A stretch of 64,000 nucleotides of DNA, taken from assembly GCA_012295275.1 (NCBI GenBank), contig CM022665.1, forward strand, positions 38,564,001 through 38,628,000, written 5' to 3'. The DNA comes from Chrysomallon squamiferum (Eukaryota > Animalia > Mollusca). Positions 16,679-28,606 of this stretch are shown here, piece after piece. Under the pieces are notes generated by a model. That model worked only from the letters and a program-made list of their open reading frames with translations, made no database searches and had not been told where the DNA came from. Position numbers and translations under genes: made by a program. The number at the start of each line of letters is the position of its first letter. Positions within the stretch are counted from its first letter, which is position 1.

Positions 16679-18161
16679 TACACTTATTAATTTATTAATC
16701 AAAGCTCAGTCAATTCCAGTAACAATTTTAGTTTTTAAGTTGCAAGTCTTATTAAATCCAGTCCTCATATACTATAATATTTCTGCTAAAATTAAGTGAG
16801 TTATTATTAGATTTATAGTATATTTATATAAAAAAGAGATGTGTGATGATGCATAAAGATTAATATATTAATTTTTACAGTGTTATTTTGTACATAAAAA
16901 TTTACAAAACATAATAATAAAAAATATTTTTGAAGACATAGAAACTTCAAAAGATTTATTCAACATTATTTGAATCATTACAAGTAATACCAAAAAATAA
17001 TAATCTAAATAAATAGATAAACAATGTTATACTAATGCTACTACTAATAATAAGTAAATAAGTAGGAAAGTAAATAAATAAATAATGTCATTAAAAAAGA
17101 GGAAAATATCCTTTTCCTTGCATCAGTTCATCCATTTTATTTCACTAAAAAAAAAAAATTTTTTTTTTTTTTTTTTTTTTATTCATGAAGATTGGAGATA
17201 TGATAGTGTTAAAATTGTAACCAAAAAGTATATTCAGTATATTTAGGACATAAAATGTATGCGTTAATAAATATACATTTTAAAATCAAAGATAAAGAAA
17301 CATATTAACCTGCATGCCAGCTGCCAGCAGTGGTGTTATGATAGACATTTCATGGTTGTTACAGATTGGCATAAGAGCTCGGAATACAAGACTTATCTGT
17401 TCTATTACAGTACCAGCCTCACTATTCCTGTTTCTATTAATAATAATAACAATAAAAATAATAATAATAATAATATCAATAATATTAATAATAATGATGA
17501 TAATGTGTCAATGACATTGATAATACAATAGTAGTAACAATAGTAATAATAATAATGATAATGATGATAAAATGATAATAATGTGATAATGATATATAAG
17601 TAATAATAATATAATGATTACAGTAATAGTGGTTGTAGTAATATTAATGTGATAGTAATAATAATTACAATGATTATGATGGTAATAACAACATCAGAAT
17701 TAATAATAATAATGATACTACTGCTACTACTACTACTACTAATAATAATAATGGTAAAACTAATAACAATAGTAGCAGCATCAAAAATAACAATAATAGT
17801 AATAACAACAACAACAGCTGAAAGAGACATTACTTTTGAACTCTCACCTTTCAAAGCAAACTAATCTGCCATATGGAATATTATCAGGAAGAAGCTTTGA
17901 CACCCAGCATGAGAAATGCTTTCTCAAATCAATTTCTTTGTTTTCAGACAGAAGTCTCACAGAAACTCCAAGATTGTGACTCAAGGCTCCCATCAGAGTT
18001 TGGGTATAGACCTCACTGTAGTCGCTTTGGAATGCCGATGTCATCACAATGTCAACTTTGTCTTCTAGAGACAGTTTTGTGATGTCACCTGTATAAAGTT
18101 CTATTAGGCTGTCTCCAAACCGTGTAGATATTGTGATACTGCTGACCTTTTGAAGAGCCAT
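7444..18161 (-). CDS. Macro domain + three TIR domains + PPxY + C-terminal CaaX protein (~847 aa). Coding exons 18161-17848, 17427-17310, 16485-16295, 15934-15744, 14937-14764, 14052-13778, 13297-13161, 12851-12678, 12239-11602, 10935-10842, 8058-7982, 7603-7444. One apparent missing base near 16471-16473
   Basis: Strong Kozak caccATGG after an acceptor at ~18169. All introns are GT-AG and phases chain 2,0,0,2,2,1,0,0,2,0,2 once one base is restored in exon 3. Macro motifs: IELYTGDITKL..VDIV and SIITPLLAAGMQG. TIR motifs: DVFISYHQTD...IIIVLTPGYIESVECLEQF; YDVFLSYSH...VFYDRTDLKMGSRW...VVALVSKTYFDSVVCCEEY; IVMSFA...IVIFVSNQYMQSSQQMEEL. The last two exons are less certain than the rest. Confidence 0.85.
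8112..10748. repeat. Tandem duplication of a ~1.27-kb unit (about 8112-9393 and 9494-10748) inside an intron of the Macro-TIR gene
   Basis: Co-linear shared sequence from ACATTTATTCACTTAACAAAAAGA through CACCAAAAACTAGCACAAACATCCACATTTCTCCTAAATCAGGAAGAAACAGAC and GGCGCGCCATTAT to CATTTGCTTCAGTTTTTT...TTTTCGTATAT in both copies. Confidence 0.95.
11770..12105 (-). other. TIR domain 3 of the Macro-TIR gene (divergent, Glu retained)
   Basis: NIVMSFAFES...LLDSAMYIVIFVSNQYMQSSQQMEELHLALCRQR...LVYLIQ...PFYLQLLPY. It shares internal similarity with TIR1 (MALCCNR / PAYMQLVQY). Confidence 0.8.
12760..13900 (-). other. TIR domain 2 of the Macro-TIR gene (catalytic Glu retained)
   Basis: YDVFLSYSHK...VFYDRTDLKMGSRWQDALYGGICSSKCVVALVSKTYFDSVVCCEEYNVA...FLPVCI. 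Confidence 0.92.
14764..15934 (-). other. TIR domain 1 of the Macro-TIR gene (Gln at the catalytic Glu position)
   Basis: NDVFISYHQTDESFV...WQEEIFTEMSNSKRIIIVLTPGYIESVECLEQFNMAL...IVFPFYL. Confidence 0.9.
16295..18161 (-). other. Macro (ADP-ribose-binding fold) domain, coding exons 1-3 of the Macro-TIR gene
   Basis: GDIT adenine-binding motif after a beta strand, the following VDIV strand, the phosphate-loop-like SIITPLLAAGMQG (cf. SIAxPxxGxGxxG), then a helix and the LKCLKIVLY strand. Confidence 0.75.
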
Positions 18162-18779
18162 GGTGAAACTGGAAAATATGTTTAATAATATTTGTAATAA
18201 TCACATAATCTCTCTCTCTCCCTCTTAAACTGACTGTAAATATTATGTTGATAGATAAAACAGAACTAGCATGCTGATTATTGAATTTAAGTACTTAAAA
18301 TTCCAAAGCTTTACTTACAACTGCTGTTAATGTAATTAGAAAAGTAATAAAAACAATTTATCTGTGACTAGACTGTTTAAATGAAAAGTTTGTATGCAGA
18401 TTTTGTTAATCATAATTGTGAATCAATATAACTTTAATTCATTTTTTTTCTAAAATGCGTCATTTGTAAATATATATAACTATTAATTCATCGCTTGTGC
18501 ACAAAATTGGTATTCACAAAAATAATTATTATATTTACCTTAAAAGGGCCTCGGTTTAATCAAACGAATATACGAAAACTCATTGCATATTTCAATTATT
18601 TGGCATCAAATAACAAATACACGTTCATGCTGCTCAGAGTACATCGTTTTTATGGCACAATTTTCATCTGAATCATAGTTTTAAAACTCGCCTCAATATG
18701 ACTGACTGTTTTCTTTAAAATACCTTTGTTTAAAACATTTTTGTTTAAACTATTCACTGTGACTAACAGTATCACTAAC

Positions 18780-19130
18780 AGTAACAGTTTGTGTTTCACT
18801 CATTGACACGCGAACGTATTTCGGAGAGGTGTGACATTGTATGAAAATAATTTAACATTTTCTGTTCTAAATTCTATTTAATCTTAAGCTTTGGAAACTG
18901 AATTCCAATTTAAAAACAATTTTAAATTAATATGCAGTTTAGTTTCGCTCTGATAAGCGGTTTAATGAATTCTTTATAACATTCAGATATGATCGGAAGC
19001 ATTTAATTTCGGAATACCTCGGGATATTTCGTTCTTCTCCGTCATTTCATCAAAATCAAGGCCGTTGCCTAGAATGAAAGTAAACAAACCGGTTTTTCGT
19101 AGGTGAGGTCCGGTTTGGGTAAATGTGAAT
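18780..19130. promoter_or_regulatory. Candidate promoter region upstream of the Macro-TIR gene, possibly bidirectional
   Basis: CpG-enriched relative to flanks. Contains kB-like GGGATATTTC (19021), X-box-like GTTGCCTAG (19064), forkhead GTAAACAAA (19080) and a + strand donor-like tag|gtgagg (~19102). Confidence 0.3.
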
Positions 19131-19635
19131 AATAATGTTTGGATGATGAAACAAAACCACAACTACATTAGTAACAACAACAACAACAACAACAATAATA
19201 ACATAGATTGAAATCTAGTTTAGGGGGAAAAAAATTAATAATAATAACAGATTAATCTTTACCAAACTGCCACAATTATGTGAATATAATTTGATGGTAC
19301 ATATACGAACACTTTGCAGTAATGAAAGAACTATTGAGGTTGAAGAAATTTCAGAGTTTGTAAATTTAATAACTAATTATTAAAAACAGAAAATGTATTA
19401 TAAAAACAATAGATAAAGCTAATAAAAAGAAAATATGCAACACATTTTTTTTTTATTAATTCATATGCGCGTCCGTTTCGCTGTTTCCGTTTCTGGCTCC
19501 TTCTTCCCTCCATGACTGTTGAATCAAAGATCTGAGTGTAGACACTGCATATTAATCTTCACTTATTATCCCCGCCTCCAATAGCTATTACTAAAGGAAC
19601 TATACATGTTTTATTTAATGGCAGATTCAACGCGT

Positions 19636-19736
<101 letters not shown>

Positions 19737-19833
19737 GCTTGATTAATTTTCTTTAATACATTTTTGTTTTATAATTTACAATTCTCTTAGGTTAATTAAC
19801 GTTATAAAATATTATTTATTTATTTATTTTCAG

Positions 19834-19987
19834 GCTGTTTTTTGACAGTGACATCATATTACGTTGAAAATGACGTCTGTGGAACAGCTCAACGTGGCTC
19901 GCTGCTTTAACAGACTACAAGCCATTGTTTTCCCGTTCTACCTCCAGACTGTAAGTGCTCTTCCTGCCTACTGGTTCTTGTTTGCAG
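19834..19987 (+). pseudogene. Frameshifted pseudo-exon paralogous to TIR1 exon 14937-14764, in opposite orientation
   Basis: Flanked by ttttcag and gtgaat. Conceptual translation TVTSYYVENDVC/EQLNVARCFNRLQ--AIVFPFYLQTVSALPAY aligns to VLTPGYIESVECLEQFNMALCCNRLQDRDIVFPFYLQTVSALPAY. Two frameshifts are needed and the 3' end is shortened. Confidence 0.85.
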
Positions 19988-20070
19988 GTGAATCTGCAAA
20001 TACTTTTTAAAATACACAAATATTTTGATTTTAGAGATTTTGTACGATAAATAAAATACTGTTTTCATTA

Positions 20071-20118
<48 letters not shown>

Positions 20119-22422
20119 GATTATATTTTTTCTTTATTATTTTTTTTTCTTTATATAATGCACGTCAACACAGGATTAGGTTTCAGAACACTGCATTTCA
20201 AGTATTTATTTATTTACTTGTTTGTTTATTTACTGGGTGATGTGAAACGTGATACCAGAACAAGTCTAATGGAAGTCATGAAACGGAACACCATGATCCC
20301 ATAAATAAATATATTTGTTTTAAACCGTTAACATATCTTCAATATAAACTTGAAAACGTAGAATGTCCATAAATATTTTATATTTTTTATTTTATTTTTT
20401 ATTTTTTTTATTATTATTATTTTTTTATATATTTTTTTTTATTATTATTATTATTTTTTTATTATTATTATTATTTTGTTGTTGTTGTTGTTTGATTGCT
20501 TGCTTATTTTATTTTATTATTTATTTATTTTTATTTTCATTATTATTTTTTTTTTCGTCATTAAACGAGTTGGTGGTCGATATCGGAGGGATATTAAATA
20601 ATTTAAATTTTTTATTTTTTTTTTCGGTATATAAAAGCAGTTTCCATTCTAAAAACAATATTATATAAAATCTGTTAAGAAATATTTCAGACATTTTTTC
20701 TATTTCAAAACCAAAGAATATTTTTCGAAAATGTTTAATTGAAACACGTTTCATCGAGTTCTTTATTTGATTTTATTATATTTTCGAACTAAACAACCAA
20801 CCGACTCCCACAATAATTAAATATTCTCATATTTTCAGAAACAATTTTCAGTTAGCAACTGTTTTCCTTGCAAATAGTTTTTATATGGGTGTATTTAGTT
20901 TTATTTATGTTTCATCTCAACTGAAATTAGAATTACTATAAAAAAAAAGAGATAAATATAAATATATAAAATAAATGTGTGCACAGAATTTTCTAAATGT
21001 AAATAAATAACGTATACGCTTAAAACTAATGTCTACAGAATTTTCAAACAATACGTATATAACAGTTAGATGTATACATGATTATGCTCTATTTAAAATT
21101 AGGATTACTGCAGAAAAACTGAAAATATAGATGCAGAAAATACAGTTTAAGGTCTTTGGAATTTTCTAACTCTGTCATATAGTAATAATTTTTTGACTGT
21201 ATTTAAAATAAATATAAGCTAATGATAAATTGATAAGTGATTGGGGTTTAGAGATAAGGAGAGTAAAAAGGTTTGAATGTGTGCTTGAAGTCAGACATAA
21301 TAAAAACAGATATTACAGATTATTTTTATAATTATATGACACAAAATATTATTTAGTGTATATATTATCGTTCATTTTCCATTATTTCTTTTTATTTAAC
21401 TTAGTAACGCTGTCTTCAACGAAAATATCAGACGAGTGTATTGTTTGCTTGATCATTCAATGGATTTAAACTCTCAGACTGGAGGAAGGAGAGGTCTGTG
21501 GCAATTATACTAATATCATTTCAGTATTTACTAAAGCATTTAGGTAAATAACCGAAAAAATAAACAGAATGGTTAAACGACTTTTCGAAAATTTAAATTA
21601 AAATAAAAATGTCATTAAGATTTATACGTTTCTAGTATAACGAGTATTGAGACAAAACACATCTCGTTCTTCGAAGACTTTTATTATTAAAGAGTCTTTT
21701 ATAAGCATTTTCCCATAGAGAGGAAAATAAACAGGTTTTCGTCTAGAACGGGACATTTTGTGAACCAGTTTAACCAATGACCTACTGATCTGTTCTGTAA
21801 TCAGCATCGGTTTTTACAAGACCTTTTAATTCTTATCCTGATTAACATTTTTAAAATGTTCCCAATGCAATCAACATTCTTTTAGCTTTTTAAAAAATGT
21901 ATTTGTTTGTTTGTTTGTTTGTTTATTTATGTTTATTATTACTTTTAATTTTTGGTGAGAGAATGGCTAAAGATTATACCTCTGTTTTAATTATTATTTA
22001 TATTCACTAAATCAGTTATTCTTTTGTTTGTCGTTTTTTGAAAAAAAAATTTCGTTTATAATGCAGTGAATGGATTAGAAATAAGTCTAAGGTTTCATTT
22101 AAGCAGGGTTTTTTTTTTTTTTTTTTTTTTTTTTTGTATATGGTCTAATTTCAATGCAAATGATATATATATTTTTCATTTCTTCGTTTTTATTATTTTT
22201 GTTATTGATTTTTTTTTTTTTTTTTTTTTTTTTTATTTATCCATGTAATGTTTGTCGAAACAAATATGTGCAAGAGAATAAATATAAAATATATATATAT
22301 ATATATACATTTTTTGGTTTCAAGTTTATTATATATTACATTATTTAAAAAATATACCGGTGACCTTTTCTATTACCAAAAAAGTTTGAGAGAAAAACGT
22401 GTCATTATAAGAATCAATTGTT

Positions 22423-23379
22423 TCAAAACTCAGATGGTCGGAGATAATCCTTTTGTGGGTATTTCACTTCTCTTGGGACCCCAGCAGTTGCCGGCCGCAC
22501 GTTCTTTTTACTTGTCTTCTGGCCTGAGGTATCCTCAATCACAACATTAGGGATTCGATTTATTCTCCCACTGGCAGAATTTTCTTTTCTAAACAATTTT
22601 TTCGATCTCTCAGGTTGCAACGGTAATTTGATTCTCGGAGTAAATAATTTAATTTCTTGTTTAAGATCAGCCATATCCGTTCCGAGCGGCCGCCATGTTT
22701 CTTTTTCTTCTTTGTTTTCGCTTGGTGTTATGTACCCGCTGTCGTCTTTAGGGTTTCCGCAAAATTCCGCAACTCTGTATCGCAGACTGTTTGAAATCTC
22801 CCGCTGGAAGTTCTTTCTTATTTCCAGAATATGCTTGTAGAACGAGGCTCTGTCTTGTATTTCGTCTTCTACGAAATATCGGATCTGCGCCTCGGGATCT
22901 TTGCAGATTGATCCTCCACTTCTTGCTCGCTTGTAGACTTCGGGACTAGTATGACGTATTGTCGACGTACACGCCGTGAAAGGGCGGAGATCAACCTTGG
23001 ACTTTCTCCGACTGCCGAACAACTCCGGGTTTACAGATTCTTCGTCTGCGTGTAATGTGTTGCCGGAAAATTTAGACATTCGTCTGACCAAAGGCGAGGA
23101 ATGGGGTCGTGGTGATAAGACGTTTATTTTTTTCTTTCTTTTGTGACGTTCTAAAAACTGTTCAATGGAAATGATACGAGAGTCGTCGCGATCTCTGGAG
23201 ATCTCTTTCAGTCTGTTTTTGTAACGTTGCAGTCGTCGTCGCATTTCGGTTTGAGATTTTCTCATGTCTATTGCAACGTTCCGCTTGGCAGCCTCGTAAC
23301 TTGCCAGTTCAAGCTGAAGACGTCGCCTCTCCAGTAAATTGTTTCTCATCGACTTCCTTTCACCTTCATTTTCCATCAT
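22423..23379 (-). CDS. Uncharacterised 318-aa basic protein with N-terminal coiled coil; single coding exon
   Basis: 957-bp ORF with GC far above the flanks. Heptad-rich N-terminus LLERRRLQLELASYEAAKRNVAIDMRKSQTEMRRRLQRYKNRLKEI. A splice acceptor (attttag) about 10 nt upstream of the ATG implies a 5' UTR intron. Confidence 0.8.
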   Translation of the reverse strand: MMENEGERKSMRNNLLERRRLQLELASYEAAKRNVAIDMRKSQTEMRRRLQRYKNRLKEISRDRDDSRIISIEQFLERHKRKKKINVLSPRPHSSPLVRRMSKFSGNTLHADEESVNPELFGSRRKSKVDLRPFTACTSTIRHTSPEVYKRARSGGSICKDPEAQIRYFVEDEIQDRASFYKHILEIRKNFQREISNSLRYRVAEFCGNPKDDSGYITPSENKEEKETWRPLGTDMADLKQEIKLFTPRIKLPLQPERSKKLFRKENSASGRINRIPNVVIEDTSGQKTSKKNVRPATAGVPREVKYPQKDYLRPSEF

Positions 23380-23462
23380 GTTTCTTACCTAAAAATAATA
23401 ATTATATTGTATAATTCGGACAATGGCATACGCATAAACACACTACAAAATCGCTATAAACA

Positions 23463-23541
<79 letters not shown>

Positions 23542-26500
23542 ACTGAGAAAGTGATGGCAAGAAAGAGAAAGAAATATTAAGAAAGAGATAGAGAAAGAAA
23601 TTTTATTTTATGCATCTCGCGGACTTTGAATAAACGTCTCTCCGGAGTTCATAACATTCGTTACGTTAGTAATACACCTTGGCCGCTTGTAGGCTTATTG
23701 TATAATATAACACTTGTTATATATGCTTGGACATTTGGACGTTAGTTCACACGTTTTCAAGGTAAAATACTTAATCCTTTACATACGATTAATATTCTAA
23801 AGTAATCATCTGGATAACTTAGACACGTCTTGCAGTTACTCTGTTACAATATGAGCAATGTGCGGATTTAACATCCGAGTTTGATTAAACGTGAAATTTG
23901 CTTATTATGGTTCACACAATTCAACAGATTCAATAATCTGCGCGGTAAGCTAGCTCGGTTCTGGGGTAACATAAAATTAATATCCAACAATGGTTTCATA
24001 ATGATAAAAACATCAAAAGACGTCATTGCCTAAATATTTCACGCCACCTTGACCTCAGTATTTTGTCACGACCCTGGCCAGTATAGCACCTATATGAAAT
24101 CATGTTGAAGGTATTATGGTAACACGTACTATATTATCCCACGGCAAGATTAATGTTACTTGATGTAGGTATGTTACAAAAAAATTCAGCTCTAAAATAT
24201 CAGAAAACGTCCCGTTTCATTGGATAGGGCCTTAAGAAAGAAACAAAATGAGACCAAAATATTTGAACCTATCTTGAAAATTGAAGTTAAGTTAGCATTC
24301 TATAACCTAACATATTATAAGAAAATATAATTTAAGAAATATTAGTTTTTAATGAATACTATAAGTAATGCAATAATTAATTAAGGTTTCACAGAAAGGA
24401 TGAAAAACCACCAATCGTCAAATTTCAGAATCTCCACAGATTAGATTTGATCCAAGAACCTTCAGTTTGAGATGCCAGTATTTTATGACGTGATCCAGAT
24501 TTAATATATAATTTTTAATTTAAAAAAAATAATATATTTTTAAGATGTTCTGGTACAGACATTTATAACAGTCATTGCCTCTGCTGTAATAAATAAATGA
24601 TCCCAGCTGTATGTTTTAGAGCTTATTTGGTTTCGACCAGAACAATTTCATTTCTGTATTTATTACCAGACTTGACTATTAAATATTGAAAACATGTTTT
24701 ATTAGTTTTTCTGTTGTCTGCATATGATCAGAAGTTTTTATTTATTACAATCTCGGCGACACCAGCGTTTGACAAAAATGAAAAGCATTTATATTCTCAT
24801 TGTTATAAACGTGTAGAAAAATAAATCCAATATTTTATCGATCATTAGATACGAATCCTCCTTAATATTATTAAAATATATAAAGATTGGAAGAAATGTT
24901 TATGTTATTTACAAAATATATTGTATAATTCATAAATTCATTCACAGGGATGGTAAAAAATAATCCCATAGAATTTCTCGAGACATTTAAGAAGCAAAAT
25001 GAAAATAAATTAAAAATATATATATTAAGCGTATGTGTTCTGAAATACATTTCTCTTCTTCTTGACAAGGTTGAGTAATAAAAGTGAATGTTTCAAAAAC
25101 TGTGAAATTAATAGTTATTAAAAGAATCTCTACAAATTATTAATCAAATATTTTTAAATTGAAAACAAACAAAACAGTAGATCGTCATTAAAATTTGATT
25201 CAAAAAATTCATTCATGTTCTTTTGTATCCGAGTACGTCTGGGTACGTGTTTTTCACGATTGTGTGTGGATGTGTGCGTGCATTTGCTTTGTGCGTTTGC
25301 GCGCTTGTTGTTGTTTTTTTGTACATGAATGTGTTTGTATGTATAATATATACATGTCTGTATGTTTATAAAAAAAAAAAAAAAAAGTATCTTACCTTTA
25401 AAACTTTCACCTTTTTACAACACTACATTCGTTACACAGCTGAAAGCAACGGTCGTCCGAACAGCCAGTAAGTAAAACGACATAAGACCATTAACAGCAA
25501 GAAAATGAACCGGCACAACCGCCTTTAATACATTTACCCCCGGGCGGCAAATCAAATCTGCGAGAGCGTCTTTGGGTAGCTATGATAATAACGTATGAAG
25601 TCAGCATACAGTACGCGACAATGGGTGAGTTGTTCACGACTAGCTGAAAGCACTTAGCCCATTGCTTCGTTGACCTTACAGATTTAACACCACTTTTACG
25701 TAACATTTTACTTCACAACACTCACGTTATAGGTTTGTTTGTGGTCAGTTTATTGAACCATATTACTTTTTTTTTTTACCCTTTTCTTTCCAAACGCCAG
25801 AAGCAAATAGTAAAAATACATTTATGTAATATTAACACTAGAATATTAACCATGACGTTTTTAATAGGCCCTGCTTGTACTGTACTACCCCACCAAAAAA
25901 AAAACGGTATTGTGTTTTTAATACTTGGCATAACATATGAAATTACGTATTGGTGTTTTTAATATTGGAATGTTAACTACGTAAGATATGGTGTTTTTAA
26001 ACCCAGACCACTAAACATCAAAACATGAAGTCTAGAATATTTTAATGTTAAAAATGAAAAGTACGTTGTTTTAAAATATCCTGGACAAATAATACTTTTT
26101 ATGGGTTTTCCTTTTTCAGTGAATTTCTAAAATACTTACAACGCACAGAGGGTGGTTTGTAAGGGTCTGGCAGTCGACTGAAGTTAATGTAACTTGAATT
26201 ATGTTGAGGATTTACTTGTTAGCCAGTACATTGCTTTTGTGCGGCACGTTTCAGAAACGCGCTCAATCATTTTGTCAAACGAACTGAATCGGTCTAACAC
26301 TGTCGTTACAGGCTATTAAGTGGACCGCTCACCTTTCACTTTTTCAAAGGAGCAGGCCATTAACGAGAATAATTCCTGCACAGTTTCCTTTCTGATACGT
26401 TTAGAAGTTTAATGGCCGACATTTATGAAAATTGTATAACAAGCTTCATTATTAGAATATCAAACTTTGATGTTGAATTCGGTTATAAAAACAGAAATGA

Positions 26501-28431
26501 GTGCATATTTGCACCGTGGGTAAGTTTATCCACCAACTAATCATTCAAGCTTGACTGTCATGGATACACTTTTTCACTTTTGAAAATTTCATATTATATT
26601 ATATGTAGCATTAACCTTACGATTACTTAATGCTTAATGCCTACTCATATCCTTAATTTGGCAATGTTATACTGTGTTCAGGATATTTTAAAAGAAGCTA
26701 AAAATTAAACACTCTTATCCTATTATCCCCGGAAAACAACGACGACAACAACAACAACAACAACAACAAAAAAATCTACAACAAAAAATAAAGCAAAAAA
26801 CAGAAAGAAATAATAATAATAATGATGATGATGGTGATGATGATGATAATAATAATAATAAAAATAATAACGAACAAACGAACATAATCCGCATTACATG
26901 TATCGCATATGAACAATTTCATCCTTAATCAGTGGCAAAACAACCAGAATTCTTTTCTCTAATTCATTTAACATTAACAACACAAACATGGAGACCCCAC
27001 TGAAATCAAAGACGCTACAGCATAAAAATACGAAATAGCCATACAAATAAGTTTAATTAAGTTAATCGACTGAAGGAAAGGCGAACGTTGATTATAATAG
27101 TACTGCTCGAATTGTTCATTTTCGCGTGGATTATTATTACGACGCGGGTCAGTAGTTTTAGAAGTGCAAAACGCTTTCGTTAAAACGAATTCTGTTGTTA
27201 AACCAAGAAGCCAACAAAGACATAGAAATGGGACAGGTTTTTTGGAAACGTTTTAACTGAAGAGTATAAGAAAACCATTGTCAGATATAAACCTATTGGG
27301 CTTCTAGCAATGCAACAGAAATGGTGTATATTTTTCGAAACGATTCAGAGTAATGGGACGACACGTGCTAAACTGTTGGGCTCCTAGCAACGAAATAAAA
27401 ATGATATTGGTTTTTGGAAAACAAGTTTTAACTTCAGACTCACTTGTTGTTAGGAACTCACCTATATGACGTGAAATTATCTGGACAAAACTGTGTTATT
27501 AGCATTAGTCTGTTGCAAAATTCATTTAATAAAAATGATACATTGTCGTATTTTAAGCTTCCAAAAAGCTCTTGGTACGATGCAATCCCAGTACGATTAA
27601 AAGGACTTCGATTTTATCGCTAAAGAGACTGCATACAATTTGTTTTCTATACATTAAATTAAACAGATAATATATATATATACACATACATACATACATA
27701 TATATATATATACATACAGAGACAGAGAGAGAGAGAGATTCTTTCTTCTTTATACTACTACAACAACAACAGCAATAACAACAGCAGCAGCAACAACAAC
27801 AACAACAATTACTACTACTACTACCACTACTACTACTACTATTACTATTATTATTATTATTTTTCTGTTGGATCAGAATTTAAAAAAAGGTGTCTCAAAA
27901 ATCACGTTATCCAATATTGTTACTCTAATGAACCAAACAAACCTTAAGTTTCACGGGTTAAGAATTCAGTTTTCTATCTCTGTTTTATTACAAATTCACT
28001 GAGTGAAATAAACAGAGTCCTAATTATATTAGAATGTGCAGACGCAAAGACAGATATCATATTAACATACCATTATATTTCGTTGTGCTGCGTAAATAAT
28101 TGGTGAAACTTTAGCTCCAATTACAGATCCTAGATGTGTTCATTAGTGGTAAGTTGAAGGGTTCATGGTAATGTTATGTTCTATATAGACTTTTAGGTTT
28201 ATAATGTAACAGAGATTTCAACATTCTCAGCTTAGTTGCTTTTGAAACTTCCTTTGTTTCAGTGCAATAGTTAGGGCGGATAAAATATTTCAGAAATTTA
28301 ATGAGAAAAATTTTCTTTAGCTGCTTTTCTATGGACAGTTCAAATATACTGCTGTAATTAAATAAGTAAACAATTATTGGTAAATTTAGTTTTCTCTTTT
28401 ATGCATAAACCAGGGGGAAAAGCACCTGTTG

Positions 28432-28462
<31 letters not shown>

Positions 28463-28552
28463 TAAAAATAAAAATAAAATAAAAATAAAAATAAAAATAA
28501 AATAAAATAAAATAAAATAAAATAAAATAAAATAAAATAAAATAAAATAAAA

Positions 28553-28603
<51 letters not shown>

Positions 28604-28606
28604 AAA
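28432..28606. repeat. Compound (AAAAAT)n/(AAAAT)n/(AAAT)n microsatellite
   Basis: Seen directly. Confidence 0.95.

Noticed and set aside
7444-18161. Calling the TIR gene a TLR, MyD88 or SARM1, or bacterial contamination
   Set aside because: No LRR/TM, death or ARM/SAM domains. Eleven spliceosomal introns and adjacency to PSMC4 show it is a host gene.
21400-21810. Possible further decayed exons of a Macro-TIR paralog
   Set aside because: No convincing similarity by eye; needs TBLASTN.
25888-26121. Possible MITE with CAC...AAAA / TTTTCAGTG ends and internal GTGTTTTTAA repeats
   Set aside because: Terminal inverted repeats are too imperfect and I found no target-site duplication or second copy in the window.
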